Shown here: positions 18,462-26,867 of the stretch, piece by piece
Numbering within the stretch: the first letter of the stretch is position 1
How the letters are laid out: the number at the start of each line of letters is the position of its first letter
Assembly: GCA_965219445.1 (NCBI GenBank)
Contig: CBDCNQ010000005.1
Coordinates: forward strand, 800,001 to 864,000
Length of the DNA stretch: 64,000 nt
Direction of reading: 5' to 3'
Source: Longimicrobiales bacterium
GTDB lineage: Bacteria; Gemmatimonadota; Gemmatimonadetes; Longimicrobiales; Gaopeijiaceae
Translations under genes and position numbers: made by a program
Notes under the pieces: generated by a model
Told to the model about the DNA's origin: nothing
What the model saw: only the letters and a program-made list of their open reading frames with translations
The model's database searches: none

Positions 18462-19529
18462 TCAGTCGCGTGCGCCCGTTGCTTCCTTTCCCATGCGCTC
18501 CTGATAGCGCGCACCACTCAATATGTTCGACAGGGCATAATTCCCCTCATGACAGGCGTACTCGTAGAGCCGGTCGTGCAGAGCTGTCATGGGGACGTCG
18601 CCCCCCCAAGGCTCGGTGTAGGTCGTCGGGTCGTCGATGGTGAACTGATACAGGACGGTCTCCTCGTCGACCCGGCTGAACCGCTCGATCACCTTCAGAT
18701 GTTCCGACGAGTTACCGCGAAACCGCTGCAGAGGATGGATATTGGTGGTCTCGACCACGAGCACGTCACCCTCCCAATGGCCCCAGGAGTCCCCCATCCA
18801 CGGGCGTATGTGTGGGGGCAGGCGTGGGCCGTCGCCGATCCGGATGATCCGTGCGTCGTGCACCATCTCCGCGATGATCACCAGGTGGTCGGCGGTCTGC
18901 ACGATCGTGTAGTTGTTGTTGTAGAACCCGTTGGGGAGCATCGGGGGACCGGCATTGGTGCCGAAGGACACGATGCACCGTTCGCCGAGCGGGCGGACCT
19001 CGGGGTGGTCGTACGTGCCGAACTGACTCCTGAAATCCTGATATTCGGTGGCCCGCTGCTCACCCTCGGGCGTCCGGGGAGGCACGCGGCCCTCCGTGGG
19101 TCTCGTGATGAGTGAGGATCGGGCCTCGCCATTCACCACCGCCACGCGGTCGCCTCGATCGATATAAATACCGTTGTAGCCACCGACGCCCCCAGCGGCT
19201 CCGGTCGAGCCGTCACCACCCACCGGCGGGGCCAAGCGGTCGGGATCGCTCGCCTGACTCACTCGCTCGAGGAAGCCCGCCGCCGTTCCCTCAAGGCTAT
19301 CGACCTCGGCAGCGCTGAGGACGGGGCCCTGACCTCGCGGCCGCTCGAGGGGCGTGAGCGTCGCGCTGCTCCAGTTACCCTGGAGGTCCGGATGGCCATC
19401 GGGCATCCGAGGCACCACCCAATCGCTGGAGGTGCTGGAAGGAGCCTGCGCCTCTGCGGGCGAGTCCAGACCGACCGCGGCAACTACAATACAGGGCGCC
19501 AAGAGCGCCGCGGTGAAGCACGAGCTCAT
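18462..19529 (-). CDS. Conserved secreted hypothetical protein, copy B (close paralog of 17313-18341)
   Basis: AGGAGG RBS; PRMPDGHPDLQGNW, GPPMLPNGFYNNNYTIVQT, YEYACHEGNYALSNILSGAR. Confidence 0.8.
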   Translation of the reverse strand: MSSCFTAALLAPCIVVAAVGLDSPAEAQAPSSTSSDWVVPRMPDGHPDLQGNWSSATLTPLERPRGQGPVLSAAEVDSLEGTAAGFLERVSQASDPDRLAPPVGGDGSTGAAGGVGGYNGIYIDRGDRVAVVNGEARSSLITRPTEGRVPPRTPEGEQRATEYQDFRSQFGTYDHPEVRPLGERCIVSFGTNAGPPMLPNGFYNNNYTIVQTADHLVIIAEMVHDARIIRIGDGPRLPPHIRPWMGDSWGHWEGDVLVVETTNIHPLQRFRGNSSEHLKVIERFSRVDEETVLYQFTIDDPTTYTEPWGGDVPMTALHDRLYEYACHEGNYALSNILSGARYQERMGKEATGARD

Positions 19530-19552
19530 CTGGCCTCCTGGGGGTTACGCCG

Positions 19553-20011
19553 TCAGCATCTCCCAGCCCCCGCGAGGGGCCTGCGCTCGGCACCGTCCTC
19601 AGGAGCGCCGGTACCGGACGACCCCAGGAAGAACTTCCTGCCGTCGGTGAACGTGACGTCACGGCCGTTGGCCCGGGGAAGAGAGTGGTCCTTCGCCTGA
19701 TAGCCATCGACGATCAACTCGGAGCCGATCGGCAGACACTCCCGACGAAGTCCTCGTCGCTGAAGCACGTTGGGCGTGCCTCCCTCGACCATCCAGACCT
19801 GTGACGTACCGTCATCATTCTCGACCTCGATGTGAATCCAGGAATGTGGATTCACCCATTCGACCCTCACGATGTTGCCCTGAAGGCGAATCGGGGCATC
19901 CGCGTCGAATTCCGCGCCGAATGCGTGGTGGGCTACCGCCGGGGCCGCATAGGCCACTAGCGCGACGGCGCCCAGAATCAACGTCCCGTACATCAGCTTC
20001 GTTTTCATCAT
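19553..20011 (-). CDS. DUF6152-like secreted protein, copy 2
   Basis: GAGGTGA RBS; A|HHAFGAEFD, EWVNPHSWIHIEV, WMVEGGTP, ANGRDV; terminal Cys. Confidence 0.8.
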   Translation of the reverse strand: MMKTKLMYGTLILGAVALVAYAAPAVAHHAFGAEFDADAPIRLQGNIVRVEWVNPHSWIHIEVENDDGTSQVWMVEGGTPNVLQRRGLRRECLPIGSELIVDGYQAKDHSLPRANGRDVTFTDGRKFFLGSSGTGAPEDGAERRPLAGAGRC

Positions 20012-20072
20012 TGTCACCTCGGCTCTGAGCCAGCTTCGTCTGCTTCCACTCTCTCCTGATACCTAGCGCCAC

Positions 20073-20933
20073 TCACGGTGTCTTACGGTACTGCCCATAC
20101 AGAAGCTCCTCTACGAACTCCACGCACTTGAATACTCCGACCCTGGCATCTGCATTGATGTGCCGGTAGAGCGGCAGGCTGATCGTCCACGGGCGGGAGA
20201 AGGTGCTGGGGTCCTCCATCGTGGCTTCGTACAGCATATGGTCGGGGCCCGTCATCGTGTAGCGCTCAACGACCGTCAACTGATAGCTCGCGTGGTTTCC
20301 GGAACGGTCGAACCAGGCCTGACCGATGAACCCGTTCGCCTCGACCACGAACGTGTCGCCCTCCCAATGGCCCACGGACTGACCCATCCAGGAGTCCACC
20401 TGCGGCGGCCCCGGGTCCTCCAGATAGATGTTGCGGTCCGCACCCGCGAACTCGTACGTGATAAAGAAGGCGCTTTCACTTTGAAAAATCTGGAATGGGA
20501 ATGGCATGTAGGTGGCACGTGGCACCCCAGGCAAGTAGCACTTCACCGCAGGATCCCGCGTCGCCCAATTCTCCCGGTTCGCGTCCCTGATCGCGCGCGC
20601 GTTGGTGAGGTACGGAATCTCGCCGCCTTCGACGATGCCCATCCCCGGCGGCACAGCCCCAACCGCTCCGAAAGCGACTACCTCCTGAGCGGGTACGGGA
20701 ACCACCGGGCCGGGTACCATCTGGAGTGCCGCACGTGCCTGGTGTGGCTCGATATCCCAATGGGCGTTACCGAGTGCCTGCCAGATACCGTTCATGTCCG
20801 GTCTCCCGGACGAGGTTCTGGGGATGTTCGAACTCTGGCCCTGTGCGTACGCCGGCACGAGGGCTACCGCAAGCAGGCCGAGAGCGACCCCTGCCAAGGC
20901 GTAGGTTGGAGATTTGACGGCGCTCGACATCAC
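20073..20933 (-). CDS. Conserved secreted hypothetical protein, distant member C of the PDLxGxW family
   Basis: Signal peptide; PRTSSGRPDMNGIWQ, DPAVKCYLPGVPR, WMGQSVGHWEGDTFVVE, VVERYT. Confidence 0.78.
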   Translation of the reverse strand: MMSSAVKSPTYALAGVALGLLAVALVPAYAQGQSSNIPRTSSGRPDMNGIWQALGNAHWDIEPHQARAALQMVPGPVVPVPAQEVVAFGAVGAVPPGMGIVEGGEIPYLTNARAIRDANRENWATRDPAVKCYLPGVPRATYMPFPFQIFQSESAFFITYEFAGADRNIYLEDPGPPQVDSWMGQSVGHWEGDTFVVEANGFIGQAWFDRSGNHASYQLTVVERYTMTGPDHMLYEATMEDPSTFSRPWTISLPLYRHINADARVGVFKCVEFVEELLYGQYRKTP

Positions 20934-21277
20934 TCAACCCTCCCACTTCTAGTTGGACTGAAACCGTAATCATATCGTTCTCGACCAGCTCTTGCCAGTT
21001 CGGTGCGTAGACCACAACCGGAGTTGCGCGCTCGGGGCTGGGGCACACCAAATGTTTCCGACGCTTGCTTGCGTACCCACAAACGCGCCCCTCAATTGGG
21101 TGACTCGGCAGCCACGGCCTGTCATTAGTGCATTGTCGTCGCCCTTCCGTGCACTCTCGGCCCTCTTCTCGGGCCTGACTTCGGGTGGTGTAAGTCCAGG
21201 AGCTTGGGTATGGAGGAGGCTGGCAATCAAGTAATCGAGACCGTCGCAGCCACGATAAGCCTTCTACTCGTGGCCGG

Positions 21278-21374
21278 CCTCACCACGCTCCCGCATTTGA
21301 CGTATTCCCGATGAATATTTCAACTCGACATCATGTGCACTACCATCATCACCCGCTCTCAGGTGGCTGGCTGG
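21278..21374 (+). repeat. Diverged direct repeat of the his promoter/leader (second copy 21954-22050)
   Basis: Ungapped 97-bp alignment at offset 676, 81/97 identical by hand count. Confidence 0.85.
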
Positions 21375-21403
21375 TTCTTCTCGTCCTCTTCAAGGAGTAT
21401 TGA
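21311..21403 (+). CDS. His-rich leader-like peptide MNISTRHHVHYHHHPLSGGWLVLLVLFKEY
   Basis: Open 30-codon ORF with 6 His codons, homologous to hisL; its last codons contain the AAGGAG RBS of the next gene. Confidence 0.55.
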   Translation: MNISTRHHVHYHHHPLSGGWLVLLVLFKEY

Positions 21404-21405
21404 CT

Positions 21406-21822
21406 ATGAGCGAACGAATGAAGCCAATTCTGGGTGCGCTGGTCGCGGCGTACATCATCTTCTACCTGGGCGTCACGTACTTCTTCGGCCCCATCTTGGC
21501 GAATGATGCGCCGGCCGCGGCTATGATGCCGGATTGGGCGTCCTTGGCCGTCGGGTCCGTTCTCCTCATTCTGTTCTTCGATTGGGTGAACGTTTCCGTT
21601 GGAAATCCGGTCCGCTCGGGCTTGATCGTCGCCCTTTCGCAGATTCTTCTGGTGGACGTCCTCTATGTGATGAACGGCACGCGTGGGATCACCGCAGGCG
21701 CAGCGAGCGCTGCCGTCCTGATTGTGGGATGGACGGTGATCGGAATCGTCTACGGTAAGCTGTCGGGAGGGGCGCCGGCTGGTGCCGGGGCGCAGACGGC
21801 TGGTGTAGCGGAGCCGATGTAG
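21406..21822 (+). CDS. Hypothetical four-TM membrane protein
   Basis: AAGGAG RBS; four hydrophobic segments; no family recognised. Confidence 0.75.
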   Translation: MSERMKPILGALVAAYIIFYLGVTYFFGPILANDAPAAAMMPDWASLAVGSVLLILFFDWVNVSVGNPVRSGLIVALSQILLVDVLYVMNGTRGITAGAASAAVLIVGWTVIGIVYGKLSGGAPAGAGAQTAGVAEPM

Positions 21823-21949
21823 GATCCCACCGATCAAGGTGGCGTGGGCTTCCACCTAGGAGTCGGGTGAAGCCCAGAGGGGCCCCGCAGCGGCAGGATC
21901 ACGGCGGGGCCCCTCTCAGGTCTGGAAGCCTTCAGCCCCACCCCCGCAC

Positions 21950-21979
21950 TTGACCTCACCGAGCTCCCGCATTTAACGT
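21950..21979 (+). promoter_or_regulatory. Sigma70-like promoter of the his operon (leaderless hisL)
   Basis: TTGACC (21950-21955), 18 bp, TAACGT (21974-21979), 7 nt, ATG of the leader peptide. Confidence 0.55.
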
Positions 21980-21986
21980 ACTCCCC

Positions 21987-22064
21987 ATGAATACTTCGAC
22001 TCGACATCATCGGCACCACCATCACCATCCGTTCCCGGGCGGCTGGCTGGGGCTGTGCAACTGA
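21987..22064 (+). CDS. hisL: his operon leader peptide MNTSTRHHRHHHHHPFPGGWLGLCN
   Basis: 7 His in 8 consecutive codons, followed by an intrinsic terminator and hisG. Confidence 0.85.
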   Translation: MNTSTRHHRHHHHHPFPGGWLGLCN

Positions 22065-22097
22065 GTTGAAGATCATCTGACGACCTGAGCGCACCTT

Positions 22098-22125
22098 ACG
22101 CCGGCCTCCGAGGTCGGCGTTTTTC
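22098..22125 (+). terminator. Attenuator terminator of the his operon
   Basis: Stem ACGCCGGCCT/AGGTCGGCGT followed by TTTT. GGCTGGCTGGGG (22041-22052) can pair with CCTTACGCCGGCC (22094-22106) as an antiterminator. Confidence 0.82.
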
Positions 22126-22170
22126 ATTTATGCCTTCCTCGGAGTTCCGGCGCACATACGGAGCTCCTTT

Positions 22171-23064
22171 ATGAGCCAAGACAACAAGAAACGAGACCCT
22201 GCGGGCGCGGATACGCTGCGCCTCGCCCTACCCAAAGGCCGCATGGAGGACGCGGTGCTCGCGCTGCTGGCCGACGCCGGCATCCGAGTAACCCCCACGG
22301 CCCGTGGGTATCGCCCCAAGGTGTCCCTTCCCGACTGCGAGGCGAAGATCCTCAAGCACCAGAACATCGTCGAGATGCTGGAGCTCGGGAGCCGGGACGT
22401 GGGATTCGCCGGAGCCGATTGGGTCGAGGAGCTGGGTGCCGAGGTCGTGGAACTGTTGGATACCGGGCTCGACCCCGTGAGCGTGGTAGCGGCGGCGCCC
22501 ACGGGCCTCTTCGACCGACTCGACGAGGTCGGGCGGCCGCTCGTGGTCGCGTCCGAGTACGAGACGCTCGCCAGGGCCTGGATCGCACGTCGGGACCTCG
22601 ACGCGGAATTCGTACGCTCCTTTGGCGCCACCGAGGTCTTTCCGCCCGAGGACGCCGACGTCATCGTCGACAACACCGCAACCGGCAGCACACTACGGGC
22701 GAACGACCTTGAGATCGTCGATACGGTGATCACGTCGTCGACACGGCTGTATGCGAGTCCTCAGGCCATGGAGCACGATGTGAAGCGGGAGCGTATCGAG
22801 GATCTGCGCCTACTGCTCAGGAGCGTGCTCGACGCTCGAAGGCGGGTCATGATCGAAGTGAATGCCCCCGAGGATCGTCTCACGGAAGTCGTATCGCTCT
22901 TGCCGTGCATGCGTGAGGCCACCGTGGCCCCACTCTTCGGAGACAGTGGATACGCGGTCAAAGCAGCCGTGTTGAGGGAAAAGCTTCCCGAGATCATCCC
23001 GGCCATCAAAGCCGCCGGCGGCACCGACGTCGTGGTCACGTCAGTCTCCCAGATCGTCCCATGA
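22171..23064 (+). CDS. hisG: ATP phosphoribosyltransferase, long form
   Basis: LALPKGR, GATEVFPPEDADVIVDNTATGSTLRANDL, C-terminal regulatory domain. Confidence 0.95.
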   Translation: MSQDNKKRDPAGADTLRLALPKGRMEDAVLALLADAGIRVTPTARGYRPKVSLPDCEAKILKHQNIVEMLELGSRDVGFAGADWVEELGAEVVELLDTGLDPVSVVAAAPTGLFDRLDEVGRPLVVASEYETLARAWIARRDLDAEFVRSFGATEVFPPEDADVIVDNTATGSTLRANDLEIVDTVITSSTRLYASPQAMEHDVKRERIEDLRLLLRSVLDARRRVMIEVNAPEDRLTEVVSLLPCMREATVAPLFGDSGYAVKAAVLREKLPEIIPAIKAAGGTDVVVTSVSQIVP

Positions 23065-24806
23065 CCGACCGAGGATCACCGCTCCCGTCGACTTGGATTC
23101 CCCGGGATCTCTACGAGGGACCGGCCCAGCCGGAGCCCGGGGTTCTCAAGCTCGACGGCAACGAGGGGAATCCTCCACCACGCAGGCTCCTGGAGGATTT
23201 GGCGGCGGCGGACCTTTCCAGGGTCCGGGATTACCCCGACGCCCGTCCCCTGGAGTCCGACATCGCCGAACGCCTCGGTTTGAATCCGGCACGTGTCGTC
23301 GTGACAGCCGGTGCGGACGAGGCGCTGGATCGCGTATTCCGAGCCTATCTGGCGCCCGCTCGGCGCCTCGTCCTTCCCGTGCCCGCCTTCGAGATGATGT
23401 ACCGATTCGCAGCCGTCGTCGGCGGGGAGATCCTTCCCGTACCATGGACCGACGCCTTTCCCACCGAAGAAGTCATCGCCGCCCTGAACGACGACGTCTC
23501 ACTCGTTGCGATGATCTCCCCGAACAACCCAACGGGCTGTACGGCCACCGCAAGCGATCTCAAACGGGTCGCCGAGGCAGCGTCCAGGGTGGACTCCGGA
23601 GCGGCCTTCGGGGCGATGGTCATCCTCGACCACGCCTACGTCGAATACTCGGATCAGGATCTCACGTCCCTCGCACAACGCTTCGACAACGTCGTCAGCG
23701 TGCGCACGTTCTCGAAGGCCTGGGGATTGGCGGGCTGCAGGGTCGGCTACGCGGTCGCGTCGCCTGACGTCGCAACCGTACTCCGGAACGTCGGGAGTCC
23801 CTTCCCGGTGGCAGGACTTTCGTTGGACGCAGTCCGAGGACAGTTGACCACGGGCGAGCCGGCTTTGAAGGCACACGTTGCAGCGGTCCGGGAAGGGCGG
23901 GCCCTCCTCACGGAGACGCTCAACCGACTGGGGATCGAAACGACCCCTGCTCAGGGCAACTTCGTCCTCGGTGACTTCGGCGCCCGCTCCGATTTCGTAT
24001 TCAACGGCCTGAACGCACTCGGGGTTCGTGTTCGGCGATTTCCGCACCGCCCCGAGATTGCCAACGCCCTCCGCATCACAGTGCCCGACGACGCAGAGCC
24101 GCTGCAGCGGCTGATCGAGGCCCTGGAAACCTGCCTCGCACCGGAGGCTCTCCTGTTCGACCTGGACGGGGTGATCGCGGACGTCGAGGAGTCCTATCGG
24201 CGGTGCGTCCGCGAGACGGCGGGAACCTTCGGAGTGGAGGTCACGCGAGAGGAGTTGGCCACGATGGTCCTCGCCGGCGACGCCAACAACGATTGGGTGC
24301 TGACCCAACGCATCCTTGCGGGCCGAGGCGTCGAAGTGTCGCTCGACGACGTCACGGAGGCGTACCAGAGGACCTACCTCGGCACATCGACCTCACCGGG
24401 ACTCCGGGAGTCCGAACGTCTCCTGGTGGCCCGCGACGTCCTTGCGAGCCTCGCCGACCGCCTGCCCCTAGCCATCGTGACCGGGCGCCCCCGCGAGGAA
24501 GCCGAATGGTTCCTGGACAAGGAGGGGCTTACAGACCTTTTCCCCGCGGTGGTTTGCATGGAAGACGGTCCCCTCAAGCCGGACCCGGCGCCCGTCCGAG
24601 CGGCCGCGTCCCGCCTCGGCGTGGAGCGCACCTGGATGGTGGGCGACACGCCCGATGACATCAGAGCCGCAGCGGGAGCCGGCGCCGTGCCCATCGGCGT
24701 CGTCGCACCCGGACCCGATCCGGACGCCAGCACCGCCGCCCTCCGTGAAACCGGAGCGGCCACGGTACTGGCCACTATCGAAGACCTTCTGGAGCTGCTT
24801 CCATGA
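23061..24806 (+). CDS. hisC: Fusion: histidinol-phosphate aminotransferase plus HAD-family phosphatase (probable histidinol-phosphatase)
   Basis: LDGNE, SPNNPTG, DHAYVEY and RTFSKAWGLAGCRVG, then HAD motifs FDLDGV, VTGRP, KPDP, MVGDTPDD in one ORF. Confidence 0.9.
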   Translation: MTDRGSPLPSTWIPRDLYEGPAQPEPGVLKLDGNEGNPPPRRLLEDLAAADLSRVRDYPDARPLESDIAERLGLNPARVVVTAGADEALDRVFRAYLAPARRLVLPVPAFEMMYRFAAVVGGEILPVPWTDAFPTEEVIAALNDDVSLVAMISPNNPTGCTATASDLKRVAEAASRVDSGAAFGAMVILDHAYVEYSDQDLTSLAQRFDNVVSVRTFSKAWGLAGCRVGYAVASPDVATVLRNVGSPFPVAGLSLDAVRGQLTTGEPALKAHVAAVREGRALLTETLNRLGIETTPAQGNFVLGDFGARSDFVFNGLNALGVRVRRFPHRPEIANALRITVPDDAEPLQRLIEALETCLAPEALLFDLDGVIADVEESYRRCVRETAGTFGVEVTREELATMVLAGDANNDWVLTQRILAGRGVEVSLDDVTEAYQRTYLGTSTSPGLRESERLLVARDVLASLADRLPLAIVTGRPREEAEWFLDKEGLTDLFPAVVCMEDGPLKPDPAPVRAAASRLGVERTWMVGDTPDDIRAAAGAGAVPIGVVAPGPDPDASTAALRETGAATVLATIEDLLELLP

Positions 24807-24834
24807 CTCCAATCCTCCCTTCGGAGAAGCTTAC

Positions 24835-25437
24835 ATGACTCCCCGAAACGCCACGATCGACCGCAAGACGAACGAGACCGAGGTCAGCGTCACGCTCGAG
24901 CTGGATGGAACAGGCTCGTCGGACGTCCAAACGGGCATCGGCTTTCTCGACCACCTGCTCGACGCGCTTGGCCGCCACGGTCGGTTCGACGTCGAGGTCC
25001 GCTGCAAGGGAGATCTTCAGGTCGATGACCACCACACCGCGGAGGACTGCGGCCTGGCGCTGGGCAGCGCCCTTCAGGAGGCCCTGGGCGACCGCGTGGG
25101 AATCGCTCGTTTCGGATACGCCTATGCGCCCCTGGACGAGGCGTTGGCACGCGCGGTCGTGGACATTTCGGGGCGACCCTTCGCCAGAGTCGACCTGGGC
25201 CTCACGCGAGAGCGCCTGGGTGAGCTGTCCTGCGAAAACATCCCGCACGTGCTGAGCTCCCTGGCCACGGCGGCGGGCCTCACCCTCCACGTCGACGTGC
25301 TCGAGGGCGACAACGACCACCACAGGGCCGAGGCAGCCTTCAAGGCGGTGGCACTCGCGCTCCGGGCGGCGGTGGGTGCATCGGGCTTCGACGACATACC
25401 CTCCACGAAGGGCACGATCGGGGGCGTCTCCCCGTGA
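24835..25437 (+). CDS. hisB: Imidazoleglycerol-phosphate dehydratase (monofunctional)
   Basis: GGAG RBS; RKTNET, TGIGFLDHLL, DDHHTAED, PLDEAL, NDHHRAEAAFK, PSTKG. Confidence 0.95.
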   Translation: MTPRNATIDRKTNETEVSVTLELDGTGSSDVQTGIGFLDHLLDALGRHGRFDVEVRCKGDLQVDDHHTAEDCGLALGSALQEALGDRVGIARFGYAYAPLDEALARAVVDISGRPFARVDLGLTRERLGELSCENIPHVLSSLATAAGLTLHVDVLEGDNDHHRAEAAFKAVALALRAAVGASGFDDIPSTKGTIGGVSP

Positions 25438-26867
25438 CCGATTCGACAGCAACACGTGCACCTACGTCCGAGGAGCGGTACGTAGCGATCATCGACTCGG
25501 GGGTGGCCAACCTCGCGGCCGTCGAGAGCGCCCTGACGGCCCTGGGCGTCGAGTACACGATCACCGAGGATCCGGAGGTCGTGCTTCGAGCCACCCACGC
25601 GGTCCTGCCCGGAGTGGGGCGATTTTCCGCCGGCCTCGATACGCTCCGTCGCCATGGCCTCGACGAGGCAGTACGTCAGGTTCACGAGCGAGGGACCCCT
25701 CTCCTCGCCGTCTGCCTCGGCATGCAGATGCTCGGAGACGGGAGTGACGAGAGCCCGGACACGCCCGGGCTCGGCATCGTCTCCGGCCGCTTCCAGCGCT
25801 TGCCCGACTCGGTACGCGTACCGCACCTGGGATGGAATCAGGTGAGCGCCGAGGAAGACTCGGACCTTCCGAGCGGCACGGCGGCATTCGCCAACTCGTA
25901 CTACTTGCCGAGTCCTCCCGCCGGGTGGCAGGCCGCCCGGACGACCCACGGAGCGACGTTCGTCTCGATGCTCGCCCAGGGACGGACGCTCGCCTGTCAA
26001 TTCCACCCGGAGCTGTCGGGTCCGTTCGGGATGAGGCTCATCCAGGACTGGCTCAGTGGGGTCCCGGCCACGGACGAGGGCGAGGGCAAGCGTGAGGACC
26101 ACGACGTGTGGCATGAAGTGGCCCCCCGCATCGTCCCCTGCCTCGACGTGAAGGACGGAAGGGTGGTGAAGGGCATCCGTTTCCAGAACATCCGGGACGC
26201 GGGCGACCCGGCCGACCAGGCGGGTGAATATGAACGTCAAGGGGCGGACGAGATCGTCATTCTCGACATCGGGGCCTCCCACGAGGCGCGCGACACGCAG
26301 CGCGAAACGGTGCGCGCCGTACGGCGGCGCATCCACATCCCGCTCACGGTCGGGGGCGGTGTCAGAACGGTAGACGACGCACGGGGCCTCCTGGCAGCGG
26401 GCGCCGACAAGGTGAGCGTCAACACGGCGGCCGCACGGGATCCGAGCCTTCTGGAGCGTTTGAGCCAGGCGTTCGGTACACAGTGCGTGGTGCTGGCCAT
26501 TGACGCTCGCCGCTTGGGCGACAGTTGGGACACGCTCGTGATGGGCGGGCGAGAGGCGACGGGTATCGACGCGATCGAGTGGGCACGGCAGGGCACCGAC
26601 CTCGGCGCCGGAGAGATCCTGCTCACCAGCTGGGACCGGGACGGAACGCGGGCGGGCTGCGACGTCGAATTGCTCGAAACCACGCGTCAGGCGGTAGACG
26701 TGCCGGTCATCGCGTCGGGCGGCATCGGCACGCCGGACGACGTGGTCACGGCTTTCCGTACGGGTGCCGACGCCGTCTTGGCCGCATCGGTCTTTCATGA
26801 CGGTGACCTCACGGTCGGAGAGATCAAGAAATTCGTATCAGATCGAGGATTGGCGGTGCGCCCATGA
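25434..26867 (+). CDS. hisHF: Fusion: imidazole glycerol phosphate synthase HisH-HisF
   Basis: LPGVG, VCLGMQ, VPHLGWN and QFHPE, then RIVPCLDVKDGRVVKG, PLTVGGG, GADKVSVNTAA, DRDGT, IASGG. Confidence 0.93.
   Translation: MTDSTATRAPTSEERYVAIIDSGVANLAAVESALTALGVEYTITEDPEVVLRATHAVLPGVGRFSAGLDTLRRHGLDEAVRQVHERGTPLLAVCLGMQMLGDGSDESPDTPGLGIVSGRFQRLPDSVRVPHLGWNQVSAEEDSDLPSGTAAFANSYYLPSPPAGWQAARTTHGATFVSMLAQGRTLACQFHPELSGPFGMRLIQDWLSGVPATDEGEGKREDHDVWHEVAPRIVPCLDVKDGRVVKGIRFQNIRDAGDPADQAGEYERQGADEIVILDIGASHEARDTQRETVRAVRRRIHIPLTVGGGVRTVDDARGLLAAGADKVSVNTAAARDPSLLERLSQAFGTQCVVLAIDARRLGDSWDTLVMGGREATGIDAIEWARQGTDLGAGEILLTSWDRDGTRAGCDVELLETTRQAVDVPVIASGGIGTPDDVVTAFRTGADAVLAASVFHDGDLTVGEIKKFVSDRGLAVRP

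Noticed and set aside
20970..21051. Minus-strand VVVYAPNWQELVEN resembling the kinase C-terminal NWxxEL motif
   Set aside because: The match is too short and degenerate to support a relic call.
25122..26798. 558-aa minus-strand ORF, and similar long antisense ORFs (e.g. 39204-40505, 44804-46468, 52501-54195, 56518-58086)
   Set aside because: They are shadows of well-supported plus-strand genes in GC-rich DNA and have no recognisable motifs.
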